A stretch of DNA of 64,000 bases from an uncultured Oscillospiraceae bacterium (GCA_947629795.1 CANRFC010000006.1:36286-100285), one strand, 5' to 3'. Shown: positions 30,801 through 38,573, counted from the stretch's first letter. Numbers and translations: made by a program. The notes: a model not told the origin generated them from the letters alone.

Positions 30801-31101
30801 GGTGCTGGACAGCGCCGACACCGCCGGCGTCGGGCTGACCTTTGCCATCACCCCGGACCGGGCGCTTGGGGAGGGGGAGAGCATTGTGGTGACCCAACTC
30901 CTGAGAAAGACCGGGACTGCCCCCGGCAACGCCAGCTATACCCAGAAGGTCAGCGGCTGGACCTATGACGCCGCGGCCGGTAAGCTGACTCTGCCCGCAC
31001 TGGAGGCGGGGACCTACCGGATCTGCTTCCAGCTCCAGCGGACCGAGAACGGCGGGACCACGGCCCTGGCCCAGTACCCCTTCAACATCATCGTGCACTG
31101 A
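24868..31101 (+). CDS. Giant secreted multidomain protein (~2080 aa), probable adhesin
   Basis: Sec signal ending ARA; BspA/LRR-like start (VVIPEGVTGLGDCLF); low-complexity acidic repeats; >10 (V/I)(Y/F)GGG beta-helix repeats; Ig-like C-terminus; no LPXTG or C-terminal TM. Confidence 0.75.
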   Translation: MQRYTPLHRVTSVLVAAALLSSLLTLSLTRARADKAPERIDVGPELTAVLTADGVLTLEGTGRSDDFTPETAPLTAYADQIKAVVIPEGVTGLGDCLFYGCYGLTGTLELPGTLVELGDRVFSGPDREHAPRFTYIFNDFTSCEEVLAPESVVPTESVVPTESVVPAESVMPSESVVPSESVMPSESAAPAESVVPTESVSPSESAAPAETPEPTESVLPGESVKPSESVKPGESVTPTESAMPSESAAPAETPKPVETPVPEETDRAEVSAPPAASEKPAESALPAEEPTPAQAESAAPGAAEGLTEDSRGDEVTIDDPEPALAPEPGEEVSDGSSTEGVETAAGASETSGEGEKAPTEVTAQDETQGAGEEPGLDESQSADEEPGLDETQGTGEEPGLDETQGTGEEPGLDEPQGAVETPASGVSGSAGEEYRVETRDAQSVGEEIFYPAAQGERTGLFLCTLENLSFLQAAVEGGYGLADGEFSLYLIPGEGEGELLTIRALALDGQAIAPACPESFGPPAEDRTFLGWLTMEGEEVCAPGESFPVDLETGEGALCAYWGTATLEIAAEGDYPYAPWPEGLTAPLTLEGEPTGLPNGYDTAIVFDGWAVLDAAGNKTGTVVDPGDRIDPGTRLEAQWAWAVVGYMSKMNTTYLSVAMENLSKNSETSTDKYRNIIVVDRSNTQLYKNGWLLSPANDQLPSLACTVTGFDPVEKKQYDYLLSTDSYVLSDEYKFARLSNSMIFHDISLSANHGDAFKDFGVGYYDGLYACSNKLVMGFGVNVTGTLNLFGGAGGGVGAETLTKSAQMNIFSGTYQRLYGGSFRVAMTGCDRTLNFLGGETNYLFGGGYQKGRTTSGTSNVYIAGGTVKNDVFASSDQGTVNGSASLVIAGSTATVTGNVYGGGNSATMTGDTSITMAGGIVDGSVYGGGDLAIMTGNTSITVEGGTVNGSVFGGSNQAALTGNTTIEVKGGEVLGSVFGGGDQSGAVVTGDTTVTVSGGVVGTNVYGGGDLAPVEANGSTGGSATVNLSAGTVKGNIYGAGRGGDKVEDVAPVARKTTVNITGGTVGTAVGDETAYGDVFGGGEKGNVGETGGTEAVSTQVNLSNGVVLGSVYGGSDRGQVGKGTVNVEAATVAEQMTVSLRGSTTVNISGVSDVGGSVFGGGKGLDEGATGGGLGAVFGDATVNITGGTVRRHVFGGGSMSRTAGSTAVDVNSSTGAVTVEETIYAGGNGAGTTFDEGKFLVYGDSTVYVEKTDHELTLKGSIFGSGNLTRVLGRRSLTIKGPEGEKWATSVDSLQRAHTVTIQNCDLTLNGAGDKVDGTNQHYSMAQVKDALTSETSGGTIPADVGVRLIHANLTAMTGLNEVAAFRSYQADGVTPATKEDGNVLTIQAGKLLAFGVTNADGTFFYGPVEGVTTLRWQGKEGDMKNGVFVHADTESKIGDPSVKDETTGAQVDTGAFVAAEDQKMPEGYSLRSGPPAGVACSYHYWQLGGNAVTHTQTLKLKDTTPDADGYYEDTLTIRLHIEVPAGTEFVAMDPNVVEFSPILTENGENVFSLNVLQGETGDAAAVQWKDTYHSLKIVNTVTGDVTSSDQANFVYSAHPDGSVHNPVTTSAGVAQFTVSLKYKDLEISGGKVSFTLVAHPEGADKADDSLGRFTVVVDVIGQGKGRSTGRAMAGRQYDRFYAADTPTPTIAGDDVVSVQVVLNYTPQLVQGETDEAKYPVISVYDKSTGAPVSGSVRVLMADLASPSAPKWYTGTMEQGKLIAMHLTNVRHGNLWVPPTAGQEVVDKSLIFLLDFQEGALANGEYYFYLEFPLKSCEPCRVPFEVRDSGVGTLSWSGSSDAGKATLTVGSPADNADYADGALVRLTGLTGEEAGRVTAADASGRPLELMAGKGAIFLRLPGLAQGGTAKVTWSFPGLQRETVVTAELYPLPVFQTGGGESSAATAPLTLSSTGGGETVISDRAFVVELTSDNRVLDSADTAGVGLTFAITPDRALGEGESIVVTQLLRKTGTAPGNASYTQKVSGWTYDAAAGKLTLPALEAGTYRICFQLQRTENGGTTALAQYPFNIIVH
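25315..25640 (+). repeat. 18-nt coding tandem repeat (ESVVPT-type)
   Basis: GAGAGCGTGGTGCCTACC twice exact, then degenerate copies. Confidence 0.85.
25981..26121 (+). repeat. 36-nt coding tandem repeat x4 (EEPGLDETQGTG)
   Basis: Units start at 25981, 26017, 26053 and 26089. Confidence 0.9.
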
Positions 31102-31151
31102 GCGGGGCGGCACAGGGCCGGAAGGAGCGGGGATGCCCGAAAAATGGACGG

Positions 31152-31198
31152 ATGACCTCCTGCCTTTGACAGACAGTCCTTCAAAGGCGGGAGGCCAT
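31152..31198. repeat. Palindromic element, copy 1
   Basis: ATGACCTCCTGCCTTTGA-11nt-TCAAAGGCGGGAGGCCAT; a homologous copy lies at 37575-37624. Confidence 0.8.
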
Positions 31199-31257
31199 TT
31201 TCCGTGAGAAGAGGACGGCGCTTTCAGGCGCTGTAAGACACAGAAGGGAAGCGGTGA

Positions 31258-32100
31258 ATGCAGATGATCGGTGCGATCGTCGGGGATATCGTGGGCTCGG
31301 TCTACGAGTGGAACAATATCAAGACAAAGGAATTCCCCCTCTTTCAGGAGAGGTGCCGCTTTACGGACGACACGGTGATGACCGTCGCCGTGGCCGAGGC
31401 GCTGATGAATGGCGGCGAGCGGGATGACTTCATCGACGCCATGAAGAAGTACGGCAGGATGTATCCGGACGCCGGCTACGGCGGGCGTTTCAGCACGTGG
31501 CTGTTCTCGGACAGCAGGGAGCCGTACCATTCCTGGGGAAACGGCTCTGCCATGCGGGTGTCGCCGGTGGGCTTCTGGGTGGAGCCGAGCTGGGACGTGA
31601 CCGCCACGGCATGCGCGGTAAGTGCCTATGCCGCGCGCTCCGCCGAGGTCACCCATGACCACCCTGAGGGGATCAAGGGCGCCCGGGCGGCCGCCGAGGC
31701 GATCCTGTTCATGCGCTATCGACGGAAAGGCGGCGATGGCCCGGAGGAGAGCAAGGCGGGGCTACGGCAATTCATGGAAGAAAAGTACGGCTATGATCTG
31801 AGTCCCACGCTGGACGAGATCCGGCCCGCGTATGAGTTTGACGTGAGCTGCCAGGGTACGGTGCCCCAGGCCATCACTGCGTTTTTGGAGAGCAGGGATT
31901 TTGAGGATGCCATCCGCAACGCCGTTTCTCTGGGCGGCGACAGCGACACCCTGGCCGCCATCACCGGTGGGATCGCAGAGGCGGCCTATGGAGTCCCGCA
32001 GTGGATCAAGGATAAGGCGTGGGGATATCTGGATGAGCCGCTGAGGGATGTGCTGCGCAGATGGAAGAGGGAGTTGGAAGCCAGGAAGCAGGGATCTTGA
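31258..32100 (+). CDS. ADP-ribosylglycohydrolase (ARH/DraG family)
   Basis: GAIVGDIVG, FTDDTVMT, GNGSAMR, LGGDSDTLAAITG. Confidence 0.93.
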   Translation: MQMIGAIVGDIVGSVYEWNNIKTKEFPLFQERCRFTDDTVMTVAVAEALMNGGERDDFIDAMKKYGRMYPDAGYGGRFSTWLFSDSREPYHSWGNGSAMRVSPVGFWVEPSWDVTATACAVSAYAARSAEVTHDHPEGIKGARAAAEAILFMRYRRKGGDGPEESKAGLRQFMEEKYGYDLSPTLDEIRPAYEFDVSCQGTVPQAITAFLESRDFEDAIRNAVSLGGDSDTLAAITGGIAEAAYGVPQWIKDKAWGYLDEPLRDVLRRWKRELEARKQGS

Positions 32101-32400
32101 GCGGATATACAGGCAATTCATCTGCTGAAACAAAGACAGAGCAGGGGGATCTTCTATGATCCACCTGCTCTGTTGGCGGTGGGGGAAGGGTCAAAGTGTT
32201 GAATGGAAGGGAAAATGAGGCCATAACTGTTGAAGGGAATCTCAACAAGCGGTGAACGCGGGTAGAAGTTACAGTTGAGAAAAATGCCGCAACATGGTAA
32301 AATTTGTGCAGATGGTTGCGTGAATCCTTTTTCCCTGTAATGGATAATACCGTGATATGCTTGGGCTGTCTATCAATTCCGACTGAATGAGGGTAAGGTT

Positions 32401-32757
32401 TTGCAGGAGTATATGTTTACAAAGCAGGATTGGAAGCTTTTCCGGGCGAAAGTTGCTGATTGGCAGGAAAGTCATATGGATAAGCTGTGTCGCGAATACA
32501 TTGAATTGCTCAGCAGGGAAGATAATCCGTCGGAAAAGTTTTGGCAGTTAGATAGGCGGATCAAGGAAGACAAGAGAAGTCCAGGCGTTCAGATACGGAT
32601 GACTCGAACGAATTTCATCTATGACATTATTTTGCTTATAAGCGATGGCGTGATTACTGTTGGAGATCTTGAAGATTTCAGTGATGAGCTGAAGAAAACA
32701 GTAAACGCATTCCTTGAGCGGCAGAATTGTGACTTTTTGGATGAGGATAAGGAGTAG
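32401..32757 (+). CDS. Small helical hypothetical protein
   Basis: 118-aa ORF with natural composition (KQDWKLFRAKVADWQE) in an operon-like position; start may be ATG 32413. Confidence 0.65.
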   Translation: MQEYMFTKQDWKLFRAKVADWQESHMDKLCREYIELLSREDNPSEKFWQLDRRIKEDKRSPGVQIRMTRTNFIYDIILLISDGVITVGDLEDFSDELKKTVNAFLERQNCDFLDEDKE

Positions 32758-32873
32758 TGCCGGGCGGCAGTTTCAGAAGGCCGTTATCCGTTGGGAACAC
32801 AGATTTGGATGTGGTTTTCAACAGAGAGTGTAACACAGCAAAATGTTTTATACTAAACAAAAGAGGAATCATT

Positions 32874-33251
32874 ATGACAGAAGTCGTGGCTGCCCTTATT
32901 TGGGCGGGAGATAAATTCATGATTTGCCAGCGGCCGGCACACAAAGCAAGAGGGCTGCTTTGGGAATTCGTCGGTGGCAAGGTCGAGCCCGGCGAGACGA
33001 AGGAGCAGGCGCTGATCCGGGAGTGCCGAGAGGAACTTGCAATTGAGGTATCAGTGGGAGATACATATATGGAGGTTATCCACGAGTATCCGGATTTAAC
33101 GGTGCATCTGACACTGTTTGAGGCGCGGATTGAAGGAGGAACGCCCCAAAAGTTGGAACATCGTGATATTCGCTGGATCACCACGGCAGAAATTCCACAA
33201 TACCAGTTCTGCCCGGCGGACGAAGTGATTTTGAGCAAGCTGCAGGGTTGA
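32874..33251 (+). CDS. MutT-like NUDIX hydrolase
   Basis: Nudix box GGKVEPGETKEQALIRECREEL; GAGG before ATG 32874. Confidence 0.93.
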   Translation: MTEVVAALIWAGDKFMICQRPAHKARGLLWEFVGGKVEPGETKEQALIRECREELAIEVSVGDTYMEVIHEYPDLTVHLTLFEARIEGGTPQKLEHRDIRWITTAEIPQYQFCPADEVILSKLQG

Positions 33252-33284
33252 GCAATTAAGTGACACAGAAAAAGAGGCGTGAGT

Positions 33285-36200
33285 ATGCTGAAACCAGGAC
33301 TGTATGAGCAGGTCATCAACGATAAAATCAGCCGGGAGTTGGCGGAGATTCCCGCAGCCCGGCAGGAAACTGCGCCCATCGATGCGGCGGAGGCGGCCCA
33401 GGTGCTGGCCCAGTATCTGGCCGGCGTGGTAAAAAAGGGCCTTGACAACGTCTTGGACAGGGGCGGGGATTTGTCGGACCAGGTTGACCTGGTCAATCAG
33501 GTGATCGGTGTGGTTCGAAATGCCACCCAGGAGGCGGATTTTGCCGCCCTGTCTGTGGATCAGCGGGCCGAGCAGCTCCTGGCTCTTTTGAAGGAGAATG
33601 ACGCCCGCTTGGCCTTTGGAAAAACCGCGGCCGACATCACGCGCCCAGAGACATCCATCGCCCAGAGCAGCCTCTTTACAGGAGCCGTTCACGAGCCACA
33701 GATGTTCTCTGAGCTCAAAAAAGAAATCGGGACGGCAGACCGGATCGACATGCTGGTATCCTTCATTAAGTGGAGCGGCCTCCGGCTGATTATGGAGGAC
33801 CTGCGGGAATTCACTCAAAATGGAGGGCACCTGCGGATCATCACCACCTCCTACATGGGTGCCACCGATCTTAAGGCCATCGAGGAGTTGCACCAGCTCC
33901 CCAACACGGAGATCAAGGTCAGCTATGACACCAAGCGTACGCGACTCCACGCAAAGACCTATGTGTTTTACCGGGATACCGGGTTCACCACCGCCTATGT
34001 GGGCTCATCAAACCTGTCAAACGCGGCAATATCCAGCGGTCTGGAGTGGAATGTGAAGGTGACCGCCAAGGATCTGCCGGACACCATTCAGAAAATTTCG
34101 GCCACCTTTGACAGCTACTGGAATTCCTCCGAGTTTGAAACTTACCGAGAGGAAGAGAAACAGCGACTTTCCCAAGCCCTTCGAGCCGAGCGCTTTGTGG
34201 GTGACGGCAGTGCCCGAACCTTTGTGTTTGATATTCGCCCCTATCCCTATCAGCAGGAGATACTGGACAAGCTCCAGGCTGAGCGGGAGGTGCGGAAACG
34301 GAACCGCAACTTGGTGGTGGCGGCAACCGGCACAGGCAAGACGGTGATCTCCGCTTTCGACTATCAACGGTTCTGCAAGGCTCATCCTGGGGAGGCCAAC
34401 CGGCTGCTGTTTGTGGCTCACCGGGAGGAGATTTTGCGCCAGAGCCGGGACACGTTTCAGGGCGTTTTGAAGGACCCCAATTTTGGCGAGCTCTTTGTGG
34501 GGAGTTACCGCCCGGAGAGTGTGGACCATCTCTTCATTTCAGTTCAGACCATGAATTCCCAGGCGCTCTATGACAAGCTGCCGGCGGACTATTACGACTA
34601 CATAGTGGTGGACGAGTTCCACCATGCGGCGGCGCCTACCTATCAAAGGCTGCTGGGCCATTTTCGACCGAAGATTTTACTGGGCCTTACCGCTACGCCG
34701 GAGCGTATGGACGGCAAGAGTATTTTGGACTACTTTGGCGGCCGAATTGCGGCAGAAATCCGTCTGCCGGAGGCCATTGACCGCAAGCTCCTGTGCCCAT
34801 TTCAGTATTTTGGCGTCACCGATACGGTGGATTTGTCGGAGCTGCGGTGGGTGCGAGGCGGCTATGACAAAAACGAGCTGTCCAATTTGTATTCCTTAAA
34901 CCGGACCGTAGCAGAGCGCCGGGCGGATCATATCATCCAGTCCCTGGACCGCTATGTCACAGATATGGAAGCGGTAAAAGGGCTTGGCTTCTGTGTCTCC
35001 ATTGAGCACGCCCAATTTATGGCAGAGTGGTTCAATGCCCGTGGGATTCCCTCCATCGCGCTGGTGGGAGGTTCTTCCGACGAGGAGCGACATACCGCTA
35101 AAAATCGCTTGGTCAACGGAGAAATCAAGTTCATTTTCGTTGTGGACATTTACAACGAGGGTGTGGATATCCCGGAAGTCAATACGGTACTGTTTCTACG
35201 CCCTACAGAGTCCCTGACCATCTTTTTGCAGCAGCTTGGCCGAGGCCTACGGTTGGCGGAGGGGAAAGAGTGCCTGACCGTTTTGGATTTCATCGGCCAG
35301 GCCAATCAAAAGTATAACTTTGAGGAAAAGTTTTCTGCGCTGTTATCCAACACCAAGCACAGTGTCCAATATGAACTGAAAAATGGCTTTACAGCTGCGC
35401 CAAAGGGGTGCTACATTCAACTGGAAAAGCTGGCTGCGAAGGCGATTCTGGATAACATCAAAAAGTCCTTCGGCGTGCGCGCTGGGCTGGTGGGACGGAT
35501 CGCCACTTTTGAAGAGGACACGGGCCTGCCGCTGAATTTGGGCAACTTCCTGAGGCATTATCATCTTGATGTGCGAGCGATCTATGGGAAGTACAGTTTT
35601 TCACGCCTCTGCGTGGATGCGGGTGTGAGGGAGGACTACATAGAGCCGGCGGAGGAGGCCTTGACCAAGGCGTTCTCCCGGCTGTGTGCGGTGGATTCCC
35701 GCCGGTGGATCGGGTTCCTTTTGGACCTGTTGCCCCGCCTGGAAGGGGTCAACTTTTCTGCATTGGCTCCCGTTGAGCAGCGGATGCTGCAAATGTTCTA
35801 TGTTACGGTCTGGGGCAAAGCCATTGAAAATATGGACGACGGAGAAGTGCAAAGCAACCTTCAAAGCCTTGCAGCCAGCCCCATCATGCTGGGAGAACTT
35901 TTGGAGCTGCTGCAGTACAACTACGACCACATCGATTTCATTGACCATCCGGTGGAGCTGGGCTTTGACTGCCCACTGGACGTGCACTGTACCTATACCC
36001 GCGACCAACTGCTTGTAGCGCTGGACTTTTTGAAGCCCGCCACCGTGCGCGAAGGAGTAAAGTGGCTGCCGGAGAAGAAGCTGGATGTGTTCTTCGTGAC
36101 GCTGAACAAAGCTGACAAAGACTATTCCCCCACCACAATGTATCAAGATTACTCCATCAATGAGACCCTGTTCCACTGGCAGAGTCAAAGCACTACGGCA

Positions 36201-36431
36201 GAGACATCCACTACCGGACAGCGGTACATCCACCATCGGGAGCAGGGAAGTCAAGTGCTCCTCTTCGTTCGGGAATTCAAGACGGATTCCGTTGGGGCTG
36301 CCCCCTATACATTCCTTGGGATTGCGAACTACGTAGAGCACCAAGGCAGCCGGCCGATGAGCATCACATGGAAGTTGGATACGCCCATCCCGGCAAAGTA
36401 TTTGAAGAAAACGAACAAGCTGGTGGGGTAA
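33285..36431 (+). CDS. PLD nuclease - SF2 helicase - DUF3427-like protein; SauUSI-like type IV restriction enzyme
   Basis: HxK motif RLHAKTY...GSSNLS; Walker A ATGTGKT; DEFH; TATPER; QLGRGLR; C-terminal FHWQSQS domain; NUDIX gene upstream as in sauUSI. Confidence 0.85.
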   Translation: MLKPGLYEQVINDKISRELAEIPAARQETAPIDAAEAAQVLAQYLAGVVKKGLDNVLDRGGDLSDQVDLVNQVIGVVRNATQEADFAALSVDQRAEQLLALLKENDARLAFGKTAADITRPETSIAQSSLFTGAVHEPQMFSELKKEIGTADRIDMLVSFIKWSGLRLIMEDLREFTQNGGHLRIITTSYMGATDLKAIEELHQLPNTEIKVSYDTKRTRLHAKTYVFYRDTGFTTAYVGSSNLSNAAISSGLEWNVKVTAKDLPDTIQKISATFDSYWNSSEFETYREEEKQRLSQALRAERFVGDGSARTFVFDIRPYPYQQEILDKLQAEREVRKRNRNLVVAATGTGKTVISAFDYQRFCKAHPGEANRLLFVAHREEILRQSRDTFQGVLKDPNFGELFVGSYRPESVDHLFISVQTMNSQALYDKLPADYYDYIVVDEFHHAAAPTYQRLLGHFRPKILLGLTATPERMDGKSILDYFGGRIAAEIRLPEAIDRKLLCPFQYFGVTDTVDLSELRWVRGGYDKNELSNLYSLNRTVAERRADHIIQSLDRYVTDMEAVKGLGFCVSIEHAQFMAEWFNARGIPSIALVGGSSDEERHTAKNRLVNGEIKFIFVVDIYNEGVDIPEVNTVLFLRPTESLTIFLQQLGRGLRLAEGKECLTVLDFIGQANQKYNFEEKFSALLSNTKHSVQYELKNGFTAAPKGCYIQLEKLAAKAILDNIKKSFGVRAGLVGRIATFEEDTGLPLNLGNFLRHYHLDVRAIYGKYSFSRLCVDAGVREDYIEPAEEALTKAFSRLCAVDSRRWIGFLLDLLPRLEGVNFSALAPVEQRMLQMFYVTVWGKAIENMDDGEVQSNLQSLAASPIMLGELLELLQYNYDHIDFIDHPVELGFDCPLDVHCTYTRDQLLVALDFLKPATVREGVKWLPEKKLDVFFVTLNKADKDYSPTTMYQDYSINETLFHWQSQSTTAETSTTGQRYIHHREQGSQVLLFVREFKTDSVGAAPYTFLGIANYVEHQGSRPMSITWKLDTPIPAKYLKKTNKLVG

Positions 36432-36541
36432 GAAACAGTAAACAATTTGGAGGGAATCATGGCCCCCAAATTCTTCAGAGATCCACATTATAAGGCGTTG
36501 ACAGGTATCTTAGCGTTACACGCCGGAGAGAAGTGATCAAA

Positions 36542-37549
36542 ATGCCCTTCACCATCGTCCGACAGGACATCACAAAAATGAAAGTCGATGCCATCGTCAA
36601 CGCTGCCAACACCGATTTGCAGATGGGTGGGGGCGTGTGTGGGGCAATTTTTCAGGCGGCCGGACCGAAGCGGCTGCAGGAGGCCTGCAACAAGGTCGCC
36701 CCCATTCTGACGGGTGGTGCGGCCATTACGCCGGGGTTCGACCTGCCGGCAAAGTATGTGATCCACGCTGCCGGACCGGTATACAGCCATTGGAACAAGG
36801 AACAGAGCCGTGCGCTGCTCCGCTCGGCCTACATAGAGTCCATGAAACTGGCAGAGGAAAAAGGCTGCGAGAGCATCGCCTTCCCTCTGATCTCCAGCGG
36901 CATCTACGGCTACCCCAAGGACGAGGCCCTGGAGGTTGCCCGGCTGGCCATTGAGGAATATCTGCAAGACCATGATATGGAGGTCTATCTTGCCGTTTTT
37001 GACAAGTCCTCTTTTCTGATCAGCAAGGCCCTGTCGGGGGATGTTGAGAGCTACATTGACGAGCATTATGTGGACACCCGCCGGCGCTCCCGGCGGCAGC
37101 TTCTCGATGTGGAGGAGATGGCGCTGGGGCAGGCTGTAAAGCCTGACCTGAGCGCGTCGTGTCTGCCGGCGACGCCTGTCCACGGGCTGGATGACCTGAT
37201 GGACAACCTGGATGAGCCCTTTTCAGACGCCCTCCTGAAACTCATTGACGCAAAGGGAAAGACCGATGTGGAGGTCTACAAGAAGGCCAATATCGACCGG
37301 AAACTCTTTTCCAAGATACGGACAGGGAAGGGTTACACGCCGAAAAAGCCCACCATTCTGGCCCTTGCCATCGCCCTGGAGCTGACCCTTCCCGAGACGG
37401 AGAAACTGCTGGCGCGAGCAGGTTATGCCCTGTCCCACGCCAGCAAGTTTGACGTGATCGTGGAATATTTTATCGTCAGCGGAAAATACGATATCTTCCA
37501 ACTCAATGAGGTGCTGTTTTCCTATGACCAGCCCCTGCTTGGCTCGTAA
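36542..37549 (+). CDS. Macro-domain (ADP-ribose binding/hydrolase) protein with a C-terminal HTH
   Basis: DAIVNAAN...GGGVCGAIF, VIHAAGP, SIAFPLISSGIYGYP; C-terminal VYKKANIDRKLFSKIR HTH-like segment. Confidence 0.88.
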   Translation: MPFTIVRQDITKMKVDAIVNAANTDLQMGGGVCGAIFQAAGPKRLQEACNKVAPILTGGAAITPGFDLPAKYVIHAAGPVYSHWNKEQSRALLRSAYIESMKLAEEKGCESIAFPLISSGIYGYPKDEALEVARLAIEEYLQDHDMEVYLAVFDKSSFLISKALSGDVESYIDEHYVDTRRRSRRQLLDVEEMALGQAVKPDLSASCLPATPVHGLDDLMDNLDEPFSDALLKLIDAKGKTDVEVYKKANIDRKLFSKIRTGKGYTPKKPTILALAIALELTLPETEKLLARAGYALSHASKFDVIVEYFIVSGKYDIFQLNEVLFSYDQPLLGS

Positions 37550-37574
37550 AAAATGTCGCTTTCCAAGCGACCTC

Positions 37575-37624
37575 ATGACCTCCTGCCTTTGGTAAGATAA
37601 TACCATCAAAGAGCAGGAGGTCAT
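37575..37624 (+). promoter_or_regulatory. Palindromic element, copy 2, enclosing an extended -10 and the RBS of the vWA gene
   Basis: ATGACCTCCTGCCTTTGG-TAAGATAATACCA-TCAAAGAGCAGGAGGTCAT; TGnTAAGAT in the loop; AGGAGG at 37615-37620. Confidence 0.7.
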
Positions 37625-37629
37625 TTTCA

Positions 37630-38280
37630 ATGAAAAAAGGTTTTACAGAGTTGGTATTCATCCTGGACAAGAGCGGCTCCATGGCCGGATTGGAGAGCGA
37701 CACCATCGGCGGGTTCAATGCCATGCTGCAAAAGCAAAAGGCGGTGGCAGGGGAGTGCCGGATCACCACCGTACTGTTCGACAACCGTTACGAGCTGCTC
37801 CATGACCGCCTGGATATCCAGGCGGTCAGCCCCATGACGGACAGGGAGTATTTTGTGGGGGGCTCCACGGCTCTCCTGGATGCCATCGGCAGAACGATCC
37901 ACAAGATGGTGGCTGTCCAGAAGAATACGGCAGAGGAATATCGGGCCGAAAATGTGATGTTTGTCATCATCACGGACGGCGCAGAGAATGCCAGCCGGGA
38001 GTATTCCGTGTCCCAGGTCAAGGCCATGATCCAGCGGGAGAAGGAGAAGTACGGCTGGGAGTTCATCTTCCTGGGGGCAAATATGGATGCCGTGGAAACG
38101 GCGGGGTGGTTCGGCATTTCAGCGGATCATGCGGCGGATTATGTGCCCGACGGAGAGGGGACCGCCCTGAATTTCCAGATGATGAGCGAGACGGTGGCCG
38201 CCTTCCGGGAGACCAGCAAAATGCCCCGGGCTCCACTGGAAGCAATTCGTAGAGATAAGAAAAACCGAGGCCGGAAATAG
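37630..38280 (+). CDS. von Willebrand factor A domain protein
   Basis: MIDAS DKSGSM, GSTALLDA, FVIITDGAEN. Confidence 0.92.
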   Translation: MKKGFTELVFILDKSGSMAGLESDTIGGFNAMLQKQKAVAGECRITTVLFDNRYELLHDRLDIQAVSPMTDREYFVGGSTALLDAIGRTIHKMVAVQKNTAEEYRAENVMFVIITDGAENASREYSVSQVKAMIQREKEKYGWEFIFLGANMDAVETAGWFGISADHAADYVPDGEGTALNFQMMSETVAAFRETSKMPRAPLEAIRRDKKNRGRK

Positions 38281-38338
38281 AACGGCCTGCCTTTGGCTGA
38301 TTCGTAGAGGCAGACATTTTCCGAAAACCTGCCTCTTC

Positions 38339-38388
38339 TTTTGGCGGATCTAAAGGTAACTTGAGTTCTCGACCTCTCGGATGCGAAC
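38339..38388 (-). repeat. Decayed copy of the tRNA-Ala 3' half (distal att site)
   Basis: 21-bp exact match CTCGACCTCTCGGATGCGAAC (38368-38388 = 49456-49476); alignable with mismatches out to the CCA end. Confidence 0.85.
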
Positions 38389-38573
38389 TATGAGATAAAA
38401 CTTTTTCGGCTAATTTCCGGGCATTTCTAATAGTTTTTGCTTTGTTTTACTTCTCTTCTAACCCTCTTTGACCGCATCCACTCCGTATGTTCCAACCGCA
38501 AATGTGGTGCCACATGTGGTCAGGGGTGTCCAGAGTGAATCGTACTTCGGATGAAAGAAATCCTAAAGTAGAA

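Noticed and set aside
31100-38340. A second tRNA-Ala att copy bounding the ARH-to-vWA block
   Set aside because: No tRNA-like fragment found by eye near 31100-32400, so the block is not called a separate mobile element.
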